Source: Chromatiales bacterium (GTDB taxonomy: Bacteria > Pseudomonadota > Gammaproteobacteria > Chromatiales > Chromatiaceae). Taken from it: DNA of 64,000 nt. Shown piece after piece: positions 17,531-27,711 of the stretch. Positions within the stretch are counted from its first letter, which is position 1; every line of letters begins with the position of its first letter. Location of the stretch: NCBI GenBank assembly GCA_028284585.1, contig JANQRK010000008.1, forward strand, positions 1,695-65,694, in the 5' to 3' direction. Position numbers and translations under genes: made by a program. The notes under the pieces were generated by a model. That model was not told the DNA's origin, did no database searches, and worked only from the letters and a program-made list of their open reading frames with translations.

Positions 17531-17994
17531 AGCTGGCAAGGTCACCCTTCTTTGCTAACCGCAGTCATCTCTACAACCAAAGCGCTACGGACTTTAGGGA
17601 AACTTTTGGGTCCCGTTTGGATCGCAAAGAAGGCTAACAAACGAGTATCCCGGGATGTTGGGCAACTGATCACAAAAGGTGGCGACGCGCACTGCTGCGG
17701 AGTTGGCCAACGACACCGGTCAATAAACCAACGAGGCCATCGCAAAGTGGAGCGTGGCAGCGGGCAGAAACCCAGAATACGGAGCAACCGTGACGGGCAG
17801 TCTGCAACGCAGCAGTCACAGCATATCGGCAGCCGCCTTAACGGCCGTTTCCTCGGTCGGCATAGCTCTGTGAGCTCCCTATCCGAACTGCGGATCCCGA
17901 GGGTGAGATTTCGTGCCCAGACTTTGTGATCGAGATCTGCTAACACTTAACCGCTTTCGGACCCTTTTCATCCGCTGACCTAGAGCAACAATCA

Positions 17995-18774
17995 GTGCAG
18001 AAAATTCGAAACATTGATCTGTATACCCAAGACCAGAGGATAGATATCAGGATTCCCGGCATGCGACGCGAGGTCACGCCGGAGGTGGTGCGACACGTCG
18101 ACACTTCGTCCCTGGGTGAGGGCATCATTACGTACAGCCAGCTAAGTGGGGTTGATGTTTCGAATGCAATTCGCGAGCAGATTGATTACTTCGAAGCCAT
18201 AGTTCAGGACTTTGAATGGAAAGTCTTCGACTATGATCGACCGCTAGATCTGAAAAGGCGGCTGGAAGCATTCGGATTCAAGGTAGGAGACGCTGAGGCG
18301 ATCATGGTCCTCGACCTCGAACATGCTCCAGAAGCGCTTTGGTATCCGGTCACCCATGATGTGCGGCGCATCACTGATGATGGACGTTTAGATCATGTTC
18401 AGGCCATCGAAGAACAAGTCTGGGATGAGGATTTTTCGTGGATAGACGATCATTTGCGCTGTCTGTTGACCGAGCATACTGAACGGGTAAGCGTGTACAT
18501 AGCTTACGTCAATGGGCAGCCAGCGAGCGCGGCCTGGGCGTTTTTCCCTGAACAGAGTCGCTATACCAGCTTGTGGGGAGGAGCCACAATAGATGCCTTT
18601 CGTGGGCAAGGATTGTATACCGCGCTCTTGGCGGTCCGTGCCCAAGAGGCCAAAGCGCGCGGAGTACGCTATCTAACAGTGGATGCGAGCCCCATGAGTC
18701 GTCCCATATTGGAAAGGTTTGGTTTTGAATTGCTTGCCAGCAGTCACCCCTGCAAATGGGTGACCAGTGCCTAG
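17995..18774 (+). CDS. GNAT-family N-acetyltransferase
   Basis: LWGGATIDAFRGQGLYTALL acetyl-CoA motif A; TVDASPMSRPILERFGF. Confidence 0.9.
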   Translation: MQKIRNIDLYTQDQRIDIRIPGMRREVTPEVVRHVDTSSLGEGIITYSQLSGVDVSNAIREQIDYFEAIVQDFEWKVFDYDRPLDLKRRLEAFGFKVGDAEAIMVLDLEHAPEALWYPVTHDVRRITDDGRLDHVQAIEEQVWDEDFSWIDDHLRCLLTEHTERVSVYIAYVNGQPASAAWAFFPEQSRYTSLWGGATIDAFRGQGLYTALLAVRAQEAKARGVRYLTVDASPMSRPILERFGFELLASSHPCKWVTSA

Positions 18775-18882
18775 TCGCTATTTGTTGTTACGATGCGCGG
18801 ACGCCACGCTTGGTGAAACCTGTCACATCCAACCGATTGACGCTAGGGAATATGATCTCAATCTTGTCCTCGTACCGTCGCC

Positions 18883-19506
18883 TCATAAGGCGTCGCGGAT
18901 CGACGGATTGTTAAACAGATATCCGATACGTTTGCTGAACTCTTGTGCCATATGCTGAGAGTTGCGGATTCCTGTCAGCTTGCCACCACCGACCGCGCTG
19001 TCACCCTGCATGGCTTTCTCGGCGAGCAGTTTGCCGTCGGCGTCCTGTACCGTTAGCTGAAGGTCGTACTGCAGACTTATCCCCATGAAGATATCGCTTC
19101 GCCACTCCCGCACCTTCAGCCGAATGATCCGCGTGGCCTGCTGCTGACGAGCGAGGTCGATCAGTGCGCGCGGTTCCAACCCGGGGTTCGCACCGACGAC
19201 CTGGTACGCGGCATTGCTCAGGCCGCCGGCGACGGCAACTTGCATGTCTTCGGTCAGCGGCTGACCCGATGCCGTCGTAACATCGAAGGGGTTTCCCCAG
19301 CCGCCGCGCTGCAGCCCGACGAACTCAGCATGCTTTTCACCGTTGAGTACATAGGGCCGTTGCTCTTCGATAGACAACACTACAGTTGTCGGTTCGGTGA
19401 CACGCAGCGGTAGAGTCACGGCCTGAGACCGATAATTGTAGCGATTACCAGAGGCACATCCGACAATCACCGGGCACAAGGCCAAGATGGTGGTCTTCTT
19501 CCACAT
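18883..19506 (-). CDS. Lipoprotein, YajG-like
   Basis: Lipobox VIVGC; alpha/beta pattern ending LFNNPSIRDAL. Confidence 0.7.
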   Translation of the reverse strand: MWKKTTILALCPVIVGCASGNRYNYRSQAVTLPLRVTEPTTVVLSIEEQRPYVLNGEKHAEFVGLQRGGWGNPFDVTTASGQPLTEDMQVAVAGGLSNAAYQVVGANPGLEPRALIDLARQQQATRIIRLKVREWRSDIFMGISLQYDLQLTVQDADGKLLAEKAMQGDSAVGGGKLTGIRNSQHMAQEFSKRIGYLFNNPSIRDAL

Positions 19507-19529
19507 AGTTTTATTCCCGTCTGACGAGG

Positions 19530-19976
19530 CTATTCTTCCGACATCGGGGACTTACGCAGCATATCTCGTAAGACTTCCTCGATCATGTATTCCTTGGATT
19601 TTCGGACCAGTGAGGTGCGGTAGCTGTTTCCGCTGGCGAACACATAGCGTGTTTCCGGATCGCGGAACTCGATGGTAATTTCTAACATGTACATTGTGAT
19701 GTCCCACATCCAGCGGTCGACATAGGTCACCACTGCATCGACCGGATCGGGTGGCGCTTCGGCCGTACCAGAGGCGACTTGATAACCGAGGGACTCCAAT
19801 TTTGCAGCGAGAAGAAGGTGCAGATCGCGCCCATCAGGCTCAAACTTTTGCACGTAAAAGGTGTTGAGTTCACTTAGATCGACGTTGGGGTCGCTATCGG
19901 ATTTCAACACCGTCTTGGCACAGCCCGATAGGAGTACGACCGCCACCAAAAGAACGGCAATTCTTACGATTTTCAC
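19530..19976 (-). CDS. Lipoprotein, DUF4136-like
   Basis: Lipobox LLSGC; DPNVDLSELNTFYV; RWMWDITMYMLEITIEFRD. Confidence 0.75.
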   Translation of the reverse strand: MKIVRIAVLLVAVVLLSGCAKTVLKSDSDPNVDLSELNTFYVQKFEPDGRDLHLLLAAKLESLGYQVASGTAEAPPDPVDAVVTYVDRWMWDITMYMLEITIEFRDPETRYVFASGNSYRTSLVRKSKEYMIEEVLRDMLRKSPMSEE

Positions 19977-20012
19977 AACGCTAACCTCCCTGTGTTAGTT
20001 CGACGTTTGTGC

Positions 20013-20627
20013 TCACTCCGCGATAGTCCCGCGCGAGGTCTTTCGAAGGTCCGCGCGAATCTCCTTGAAGATTGTCTGTAGTGCATCCAGCGACGACTGG
20101 CGCATCGCCGATTTCATTCCAAATGCACCGCCCCAGACCATTTTTGATCCCTGGCGCTTGCCCTCCGAGTCGTATCGACGATCATGCACTAGGACCATGT
20201 CCTCATCATAGACCTGGGTGCGGACGCTGAAGTAGGCGTGGAAGTCCTTGAACTCATAGTTGGGCACGGTCATCACGACGATCAATGCGTCCTGTTTTGT
20301 CTCCAGGGCACTAGCCGTATGCGAGAAACGGTAGTGGCGATACGTCTGGGGAAACTCGATATCCACCACCTGCTTCAACATCTCACCTGGGTAGGCATCC
20401 CAGCTATGCGCGATACCCGTGGCCCAGGACTTGATCGGAACCGCCTGCTGCATAGTGCCCTGGTCAATGACGGCGACCAGCGTGGTTGGTGACTGCTCGG
20501 TCGCCACCTCGTAATGCAGTTCTTGGAAGGACACATGGTGAGCGCACCCGTAGAACTGGGTTGCGAGGATCAATACGAAAAGCGCTTGCCAAAATTTCAC
20601 ACGCGCAACCGAGGTAATCAAGTGCAT
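20013..20627 (-). CDS. Hypothetical lipoprotein
   Basis: Hydrophobic leader ending FYGC; 204-aa ORF co-directional with two other lipoproteins. Confidence 0.7.
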   Translation of the reverse strand: MHLITSVARVKFWQALFVLILATQFYGCAHHVSFQELHYEVATEQSPTTLVAVIDQGTMQQAVPIKSWATGIAHSWDAYPGEMLKQVVDIEFPQTYRHYRFSHTASALETKQDALIVVMTVPNYEFKDFHAYFSVRTQVYDEDMVLVHDRRYDSEGKRQGSKMVWGGAFGMKSAMRQSSLDALQTIFKEIRADLRKTSRGTIAE

Positions 20628-20795
20628 GTGGCTGCCTACGAAGTTAGTCTCTATGATCGGATGGGGGGGGGTAGGAAACCCCTAAAAATGCCATTATGAT
20701 TATTGCGCTGTTGCGCTTCGGCCACACGCAACTGGTCGCCGCATCAATGAACGCCAGACACTATAAGTCTGCTAACCGGCTTAAGCCTTTGCGAT

Positions 20796-21611
20796 ATGAC
20801 CCTCCCTGCTGCTGATCAACGCGCGCTCGAAGTCGCTTGCCAACGGCTGGAGAACCCTTCCCTGGCCATCCGCCTGAGCTCGTCGATCGGCGTCCCAGTC
20901 GAAGCGATGATCAAGCGGGTCGGCGAGAAAGTCCCACCAGCGCTTGCTGATGCGGTCGGACAAGCGACCAATGACGCGCTCGAGTACGTGTTACTCAATA
21001 CCGCAAGGACAGTGAGCGACCGCGGGCCCTCAGGGGCAAAGGCCGGCCTGCATAAGGCGGCGGCCACGGCAACAGGCGCTGTCTCGGGTTTCTTCGGCCC
21101 ACATGCACTGATCGTCGAGCTACCAGTCACTACCGCAATCATGTTTCGTTCGATTGTCGACATCGCGCGTGCCGAGGGTGAGAACCCCCAAGATCAGGCA
21201 ACCATGCTGGAGGCAATGCAAGTATTCGCGATGGGCAGCGGCCATACTTCTGCAGACGACGCTGCCGACACCACCTATTATGGGGTGCGCTTGGCGCTTG
21301 GCAAGGCAATGAACGACGCGCTGAAGTACGTTGCTTCTCAGGGTGCGAGTAGTGCCACCGCGCCCGCACTCGTGCGCTTTATAACCGCCGTCGCCAGCCG
21401 CTTTGGTGTCGTCGTCTCGCAAAAGGCGATGGCCCAGACACTTCCCGTCATCGGCGCCGTTGGCGGAGGACTGGTCAACACCGTTTTTATCTCGCACTTT
21501 CAGGACATGGCGCGTGGCCACTTCGCGATTCGCCGACTCGAGCGCAGCTATGGGGAAGAGGAGATTCGCGAGGCCTACCGCCGACTGGCCGAAAATGCAG
21601 CACAGGTCTAG
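20796..21611 (+). CDS. EcsC family protein
   Basis: LENPSLAIRL, VELPVTTAIMFRSIVDIARAEG, QTLPVIGAVGGGLVN, ARGHFAIRRLERSYG. Confidence 0.9.
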   Translation: MTLPAADQRALEVACQRLENPSLAIRLSSSIGVPVEAMIKRVGEKVPPALADAVGQATNDALEYVLLNTARTVSDRGPSGAKAGLHKAAATATGAVSGFFGPHALIVELPVTTAIMFRSIVDIARAEGENPQDQATMLEAMQVFAMGSGHTSADDAADTTYYGVRLALGKAMNDALKYVASQGASSATAPALVRFITAVASRFGVVVSQKAMAQTLPVIGAVGGGLVNTVFISHFQDMARGHFAIRRLERSYGEEEIREAYRRLAENAAQV

Positions 21612-21724
21612 GCGCGCCGGCAGTCGTCCATCCACCGTGGAGAGGCCGTGTCACCCGATATGACACTTGTCTCTTCTGCTTGAAGATGACCACATCGCCT
21701 TCAGCGAACTCCACCTCAGTAGGC

Positions 21725-21751
21725 CGGCACGCCTCGAGTCTGGGCGTGCCG
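21725..21751. terminator. Possible bidirectional terminator hairpin between convergent genes
   Basis: CGGCACGCC-N9-GGCGTGCCG perfect 9-bp stem; no U-tract. Confidence 0.35.
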
Positions 21752-21770
21752 AACCACGCGCCTAGGAACC

Positions 21771-22943
21771 TCAGGGCATCCAAATCGACTTGAGCACGTT
21801 GGCGGCTGCGTCTGCGGTGGGGACGTCGGCGTGCAGTCCATCGCTGATCGTGTTGTAGACCCCTGTCCACGGCTGCACAGTGTTCCCACCGAACGTGCTC
21901 AAATAATCGGTCGCATTACTGTAGTAGCCCTGACCCTGACCTGGACAGGTGATCAAGCCCAAATTGAAGGTCGTGGGCAAGGGCCCAAAGTTCGTCATAT
22001 AGCCCGAGACGGTTGGCAGTGCCAGGCCGTGGTTGTGGAACAGCTTGAGCACGCGGTTCACGTTGACCTTTTTCTTGGTCCAATTTGGGGAGGGACACAA
22101 CACCTCGGCGCTCAGGCCTACGAGCACTTTGTCGATATTGTCCATTCTCTGCACGGCCGGCAACATCCAGGCGGCAATGTCAATAAAACCGTTCGAGCCA
22201 GGACACCAGGCAAGCACAATATTATGGGTGGTGCCGCTGATGTTGCTCTTGCGCATCGACTCAGCAAGGCGGGCATCAACGCTAGCACCGACCACCATCA
22301 CGGTCTTTTTGTTCTGGTCAATCGAACTGATCCCACTGGGGTAGAAGGTGCCGTTGTCATTCCAGCCCTGGGTCGAGCCATCCCAAATGGCCGCGGTGCA
22401 GGGCGGCGTACCGTTCGGGTACACCGAGCTCTTGACATAGCCCTGAAGACCTTCCAGAAAGCAGCCCTGATTGAGTAACGATTGCCTTCGGTGCGGGTCG
22501 GCGGTGCTGATATGGTTGGTGTTGGCCGGGCACCTCACTCGATACATTTCCCTCCAGCCAGGCTGGTTCACGGTCGACACGAAGCCGATCGGGTCCCCTC
22601 CCGCCTCCTCATGCCACAGCGGGTTGCTTTTCAGCGCCTGGCGTTCGGACTCCGACGTGGTGATCAAGTGGTCGCTGTTGCTCGGGGAGAAAAACCGGTA
22701 GATCGCGGCGCGGTCGTCCCCGCCCGAAGTATAAACGTAGCCGTCGACTCCGAAGTATCGCCACGACAAAGAATCAAGCAACGTCAACCTCTCGGCCGGT
22801 GCCACTGAGGTCAGCGAATCTGCCCCTGATTTCAGGTCGAAGGCCCAGAGTGGCTTGGTAGCGTTGGGGTCGGACGACACCTCGTGGCTGGTGAGAAAAC
22901 CAGTGGCCAACACAATGGCAAGGTACGCAATCAGACTCTTCAT
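21771..22943 (-). CDS. Secreted protein, DUF5648-like repeats + SGNH/GDSL-like domain
   Basis: Signal peptide from ATG 22943 (AAGGA RBS); AIYRFFSPSNSDHLITTSESE and MYRVRCPANTNHISTAD repeats; VMVVGAS and C-terminal DGLH. Confidence 0.7.
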   Translation of the reverse strand: MKSLIAYLAIVLATGFLTSHEVSSDPNATKPLWAFDLKSGADSLTSVAPAERLTLLDSLSWRYFGVDGYVYTSGGDDRAAIYRFFSPSNSDHLITTSESERQALKSNPLWHEEAGGDPIGFVSTVNQPGWREMYRVRCPANTNHISTADPHRRQSLLNQGCFLEGLQGYVKSSVYPNGTPPCTAAIWDGSTQGWNDNGTFYPSGISSIDQNKKTVMVVGASVDARLAESMRKSNISGTTHNIVLAWCPGSNGFIDIAAWMLPAVQRMDNIDKVLVGLSAEVLCPSPNWTKKKVNVNRVLKLFHNHGLALPTVSGYMTNFGPLPTTFNLGLITCPGQGQGYYSNATDYLSTFGGNTVQPWTGVYNTISDGLHADVPTADAAANVLKSIWMP

Positions 22944-23201
22944 GGTCGTTGTCCTTAACGGTGGCGAGAGTAGTGTAAACATATAGCACAGCTCGGCGTG
23001 ATGAGACGTGACCCGCGTTGTCTGGCAGCCGACTCACTGCGACGGGCAGGGCGCTCAACTCGCCCCGGGTGATGCGCCGACCAGGCCCTCGATCAGCACG
23101 CCGTGAGCGGCCGCCTCGCGGCGGGTTGCGGGGATTACCCATGTAGCATCTCGAAACTCTATCGATTCATATCAAGTGATGCGCCCCGCGAACGGTGCCC
23201 G

Positions 23202-24404
23202 TCAATCGAGTTCCACCGGCTCCTCCAAGCGGTGCAGCACGAAGCCACAGGGCACATCGAGGCTGCGACAGATATCCCGCAGAACCTGGAGCTCCGCAGC
23301 GGTGATCTCGCTGTCGGCGCGCGCCACTACACAGAGATCGCGCATTACCTGCATGCGCCGAGTGACACTGGCCTGCGACTTGACCGCCGCGATACGTGCG
23401 GGGAGCATCTGCCGCAGGCGCTCAGGGTTGAGCTTGCCCACATCCAGCTCGTCATCGAAGAACTTCTTTAGCACTGTCGTCTCGTCAGCGGCTAGCTCGC
23501 CGTCGGCAGTCGCAACAACCATGGCACCGGCCACTAGTAGGTCGCGCATCGCTTTCGCCTCGGCTGTCGTGCCTTTGATGTAGCTCGGCTCCATGAGGCT
23601 CATTGCCTCTTGCACGCTGAGCTCGAGGTCTTCCTTGGTCGTACCACCGTCCCGCATGAGTACAGAACGCTCGAAATACACCAGCGCCTTGACCCGAAGT
23701 GGGCTGAACGGATGGGTAGAGAACCAGTCCTGGGTCGGCGCGCCCTGTCCCGGCTCGCCGTCGACCACCGTCATGTCATCCACCTGACTCAGAAAGTTAT
23801 CGAGATCGAAGCGCACCACGCGATCATCGGTGAGACCCGAGGCCAACTTGAACAGTGCCCGTGCTACCGCCGACTTGTTTTGGGCACAGAACGCACCGGC
23901 GCGGTCGGCAGAGATTTCCGCATAACGCGACCAGGCGAACAACTGCAAGGCCAGCTCGGCCGATGGCTGCTCGCGGCCGCGCAGCAAATAGCCGATGGGT
24001 ACCGCGTGATGATCGTAGACATGATGTCCCAGCTCATGCCCCATTACGAACAGCAGCTCATCGTCCTGGAAGGCCTCGAGCAGACCAGATGAAAACATGA
24101 TGAAGACCCGCCCCGCTTCCGGCTTGAAGCAAGCAGCGTTGAACTGCGGGCTGTTGTACGCGTAGAGCTCGAGCGGTGTATCTATGCCCAGGCGCCCAAC
24201 ACAGTGATCGGCCATTGTATGGAGGGGCTCGGCCATGCTGCGGTCTAGACGCACCGAGGTGGCAAGGAGATGTCGCCGCGTACTCGGACCGCTGCCGTCC
24301 TCGGCACGCTCGATCTCCTCGCTGACACGCTTGACCAAGCGATCCTCGCACAGCGAGCGGTATAGTTCGAGGTCGTTGACACAGCGGATCTGCTTAGCGT
24401 TCAT
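23202..24404 (-). CDS. M48-family metallopeptidase with C-terminal TerB-like domain
   Basis: VMGHELGH, WSRYAEISADRAG, FSTHP; TerB-like VATADGELAADE and VARADSEITAAE; ATG 24404 with GGAGG RBS. Confidence 0.88.
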   Translation of the reverse strand: MNAKQIRCVNDLELYRSLCEDRLVKRVSEEIERAEDGSGPSTRRHLLATSVRLDRSMAEPLHTMADHCVGRLGIDTPLELYAYNSPQFNAACFKPEAGRVFIMFSSGLLEAFQDDELLFVMGHELGHHVYDHHAVPIGYLLRGREQPSAELALQLFAWSRYAEISADRAGAFCAQNKSAVARALFKLASGLTDDRVVRFDLDNFLSQVDDMTVVDGEPGQGAPTQDWFSTHPFSPLRVKALVYFERSVLMRDGGTTKEDLELSVQEAMSLMEPSYIKGTTAEAKAMRDLLVAGAMVVATADGELAADETTVLKKFFDDELDVGKLNPERLRQMLPARIAAVKSQASVTRRMQVMRDLCVVARADSEITAAELQVLRDICRSLDVPCGFVLHRLEEPVELD

Positions 24405-24734
24405 GGATAGCCCTCCACGGGTAGAAATGCACACGTTCGGCTTTGTTGGCAGTTCGGATCCTGATGTTGATCCTCGCGCTGACGCTGCATACACTCGAAC
24501 CGGACACGCCACACACGCCTGTCGGTGCACGGGCCGCAGAAATGCCCGTAATCCTGATCAGCACTACCTGGTAGTGTAATCGGGCCAGGCGCAGAAAAGA
24601 CCGCAGAGGGCCACTGATTATTCAGTCTTCCCTTGCCGTCGATGGACATTTCTTGGCCGACATTTCTTGGGTCTACCAAAAGGGTATCCATGGTAGCCTT
24701 TTGGCCTACTAACCGTGATGCGGGAAGAAAAATA

Positions 24735-25229
24735 ATGAAATCCGCTCGTCGCTTTCTTGGGTCAAAACTGCTACCGGGAATCCTGATCTTGCTGGGCGGG
24801 CTCGCGATGTGGGCCGCTATCGGTAACGTCTTGGACGGCTGGTCGAGCGATGATTGGCCGTATGTCGAGGGTGTGATCACCGCCTCGGAAGTGAGTTCGT
24901 CCAGTCAGAGTATGGGTTCATCCACCAGGTCGCGGACTTCTACGTCGTACTTTCCGAGCGTCGAGTATCAGTACACTGTCAATGGCGCGCCGCAAGAGGG
25001 CTATGAAATCGTGTTTGGTGGCTACTCGTTCAGCAGCCGGCAAGAAGCAGGGGCAATACTGCAAAAGTATCCTCTGGGCCAGAAAGTCAGGGTGTACTAC
25101 AAACCCAGAAAGTATCACAGATCAGTTCTTGAACCAGGATTACATGGACTACCCTACATCTTGCTGTTTGGCGGCACGATATTTGTCGGTGCCGGTTTCC
25201 TGATGATCAAGCTCTTCCCCAAAAAATAA
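24735..25229 (+). CDS. DUF3592-like membrane protein
   Basis: TM, WPYVEGVITASEV, YFPSVEYQYTVNG, YPLGQKVRVYYKP, TM. Confidence 0.8.
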   Translation: MKSARRFLGSKLLPGILILLGGLAMWAAIGNVLDGWSSDDWPYVEGVITASEVSSSSQSMGSSTRSRTSTSYFPSVEYQYTVNGAPQEGYEIVFGGYSFSSRQEAGAILQKYPLGQKVRVYYKPRKYHRSVLEPGLHGLPYILLFGGTIFVGAGFLMIKLFPKK

Positions 25230-25340
25230 TACACAGAAAGCAGACGTTCGACTGACTCGGTCTTCTCCCGATCGTCGCGATAGGTCCTGGCTGGAGAGTT
25301 CGCCTCGCTCCTAATAATCGAGTGCTATGCCCTGTGGCAT

Positions 25341-26441
25341 CTAGCGCGGAATACAATAAAGGACCGTGCTCAAGCCCATATGCGAGTGCACCCGCAGGTA
25401 CATGTGGTAATTGGGATTGAGTTCGGAGATCAGTATCGGCAGGTCCCAGAGATCTTCGGGCTTGTGGTAAACGCAGATCGCCAGAATGGGGGACGCTTCG
25501 GCAATGAGCTGCCGAGCCCCGAGAATTGCCTCTCGCTCCACGCCTTCGATATCCATTTTGATGAAGTTGGGCGCGGCAGCCATGAACATGTCGTCGAGAC
25601 ACACGACCTGGATCGTGCTTGCAAACTCATCGACACACTCCCCCGTCACAATGTTGCTGGAACTTGTATTGCCGGCGTTGAAACTCAGAACGGCGTTCTC
25701 TGACCACACCCCCTGGCAACAAGCGAAGAGGCGGGAACCAGGATGCACACATTGCTGTCTGGCCAACTCGCGGGTCAGTTTCCGGTAGTTTTTGGGATCG
25801 GGTTCGAAAGAAACCGCATACTCCAGCGGCACCCCCTTATTTGATAGAGCGCCGCTCAGCTCCACGATTGTGTCTCCCACATAGGCGCCACAGTCCACGA
25901 AGCGCAGTGCATCCAGGCCATGGAACAAATCAATATCATCGGGAAAGTACTCTAGCTGCCCATCCGGCGGCACATAGGTCATCCCTGACGGTGCTCGCCT
26001 GAAAGCGATAATGCGCTCCAGCAGGTCTCGGCTCTTGTCATCAGAGAGGAGCTCAGCGACATATGAGAGCCTCTCCTCGTCAAGCATCTCGGAAGACGCT
26101 GAGCGCATCCACAGATGCTGCAGGTTGAACAAGCCTGGGACGATACCCGAATAGTCATTCAGTGATTGTGCAAAACCAACGACATCTGTGAAACCGGAAT
26201 CACGAAGGTTTGAGAGAATGTCTGTGCTGGGATCCGATGGTAGCGGCACCAAGCCGACAGAAATGTGTATCCTGGCATCCCGGTTAGGGACTTCATTCGA
26301 TCGAAATACCGGGAGCCCTTCGACTTCCTTGCTACTGCAATACTGATCGATGAAGAAGTCGGGTTCGACACCTTGCTCCCGCATCGCTTGGAGGAACACT
26401 CTTCCGTACCCGCCAGCACCGTAGATCCCAATTGCAGACAT
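25341..26441 (-). CDS. FkbM-family SAM-dependent methyltransferase with N-terminal Rossmann-like segment
   Basis: FVDCGAYVGD, SFEPDPKN, FIKMDIEGVE, LAICVYH; N-terminal IYGAGGYG. Confidence 0.9.
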   Translation of the reverse strand: MSAIGIYGAGGYGRVFLQAMREQGVEPDFFIDQYCSSKEVEGLPVFRSNEVPNRDARIHISVGLVPLPSDPSTDILSNLRDSGFTDVVGFAQSLNDYSGIVPGLFNLQHLWMRSASSEMLDEERLSYVAELLSDDKSRDLLERIIAFRRAPSGMTYVPPDGQLEYFPDDIDLFHGLDALRFVDCGAYVGDTIVELSGALSNKGVPLEYAVSFEPDPKNYRKLTRELARQQCVHPGSRLFACCQGVWSENAVLSFNAGNTSSSNIVTGECVDEFASTIQVVCLDDMFMAAAPNFIKMDIEGVEREAILGARQLIAEASPILAICVYHKPEDLWDLPILISELNPNYHMYLRVHSHMGLSTVLYCIPR

Positions 26442-26597
26442 TTCATCCCCTCGCAAACCGTTTGTCGGGCTGAGACTAGGGAATGTAGCGGAGGAGTCAG
26501 TGAGAACTTAAGTCCCAGAGCCGCTCGTTCGGGCATGCCACCCGGGAGGGCACATGTGACCAGCTATCCCACCCTTGGGACACTCGGTCGGTATTGT

Positions 26598-26996
26598 TCA
26601 GTTCGCCAGAACCCAAACCAGCCTGCCGATCCAGACCATCACTAGCGTGTACAGGATCCAAGCCCCCAGCAGCACCCCTGCACGATTACGGAGCGCCCGC
26701 TGATCGAGTGCACTCACCATCATCGGGACAAATCGTGTTATCGCAGCCCATGGTCCTAGGACGAACACACCGAGCGCAGACAGCAGTAAGGTCATTGCTA
26801 GCTCGGGATCATCGGTGTTGTGGGCGACGAGCGCGAGTCCACAACTGATGGCCAATGACCCGACGAAGAGCAAGGCGCTGAACCCTGCACGCTGGATCAG
26901 CGCGTCGACAAACCCGGGCGCGGCGCCGCGCCAAACATGCTCGAGTCTGTGTCGGAAGCGCTGGATCAGTGTCGCCCTAGTCGCCGGCAAAACCAA
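26598..26996 (-). CDS. Hypothetical membrane protein
   Basis: 132-aa ORF with three hydrophobic helices; overlaps the upstream gene stop. Confidence 0.5.
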   Translation of the reverse strand: MVLPATRATLIQRFRHRLEHVWRGAAPGFVDALIQRAGFSALLFVGSLAISCGLALVAHNTDDPELAMTLLLSALGVFVLGPWAAITRFVPMMVSALDQRALRNRAGVLLGAWILYTLVMVWIGRLVWVLAN

Positions 26997-27711
26997 TCGA
27001 GGTAAGGCGCAGGCCCTGTAGATCTATACCTTTCTCGAGCAGATTGGCCTGCGTCGCATCAGCCAGCTCACGCTGGCGTGCCCGATCGCGGCGGCGCTCG
27101 GCGTCCGCCCGCTGACCCAGTGCAAACATCGTTTCATACACCAAGCCTTCCGCCACTTCCTGCCGCTGTCTTGGCGATGCCTTCGCGAGCATCGCATTGT
27201 CGAGCAGGTTGGTGGCAACCTGGCTGCGTACAGCGGCGACGCGTTTGCGTGTCGGTGCTGCCTTTTGATGCGCGATCATCCACATCGTGATCCAGTAGGC
27301 ACTCATGGCATCGGCGACATTGTTTGAGCGCAACCCATAGGGCGCCATATCACGGTCGAAATCGACGAGCACGTTATTCGAGGCCATCACTGCTGCGATG
27401 TGACCGGCCTTGGCGGGATCTGCCTTCTGCACAGCCGTGGTAAATTTCTGTTTGACGCGCTTGGAGACGAGCGGATCTGGTGTATAGGTGAGGGCTTGTT
27501 TTGCCCGAGCATGCAGCGCATCACTGGCCTGACCTTGGCGGCTACTCGCAGCATCACCCGCCTGTTTCTTGATTGCCGCATTGACTGCAATCGTCCCCGC
27601 GATATTGACACCGGCGGTGTTCGAAGCATTGAACATCCCCAGGTAATCCATGGCAGCCGCATGCTGCACGCAGCCGATCAGAACCAGCGAAACCCACAGT
27701 CGAAACATCAT
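26977..27711 (-). CDS. Secreted hypothetical protein, DUF6683-like
   Basis: AGGAG RBS 6 nt before ATG 27711; signal peptide (CVQHAAA); GLRSNNVADAMSAYWITMWMIAH; GIDLQGLRLTSIGF. Confidence 0.7.
   Translation of the reverse strand: MMFRLWVSLVLIGCVQHAAAMDYLGMFNASNTAGVNIAGTIAVNAAIKKQAGDAASSRQGQASDALHARAKQALTYTPDPLVSKRVKQKFTTAVQKADPAKAGHIAAVMASNNVLVDFDRDMAPYGLRSNNVADAMSAYWITMWMIAHQKAAPTRKRVAAVRSQVATNLLDNAMLAKASPRQRQEVAEGLVYETMFALGQRADAERRRDRARQRELADATQANLLEKGIDLQGLRLTSIGFAGD

Noticed and set aside
17542-17946. ORFs of 125-134 aa between the regulator and GNAT genes
   Set aside because: No recognisable motifs, RBS or coding-like composition; probably promoter region
21748-21759. 12-bp match GCCGAACCACGC with 43447-43458
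   Set aside because: GC-rich 12-mers recur by chance in 64 kb and no boundary logic links them
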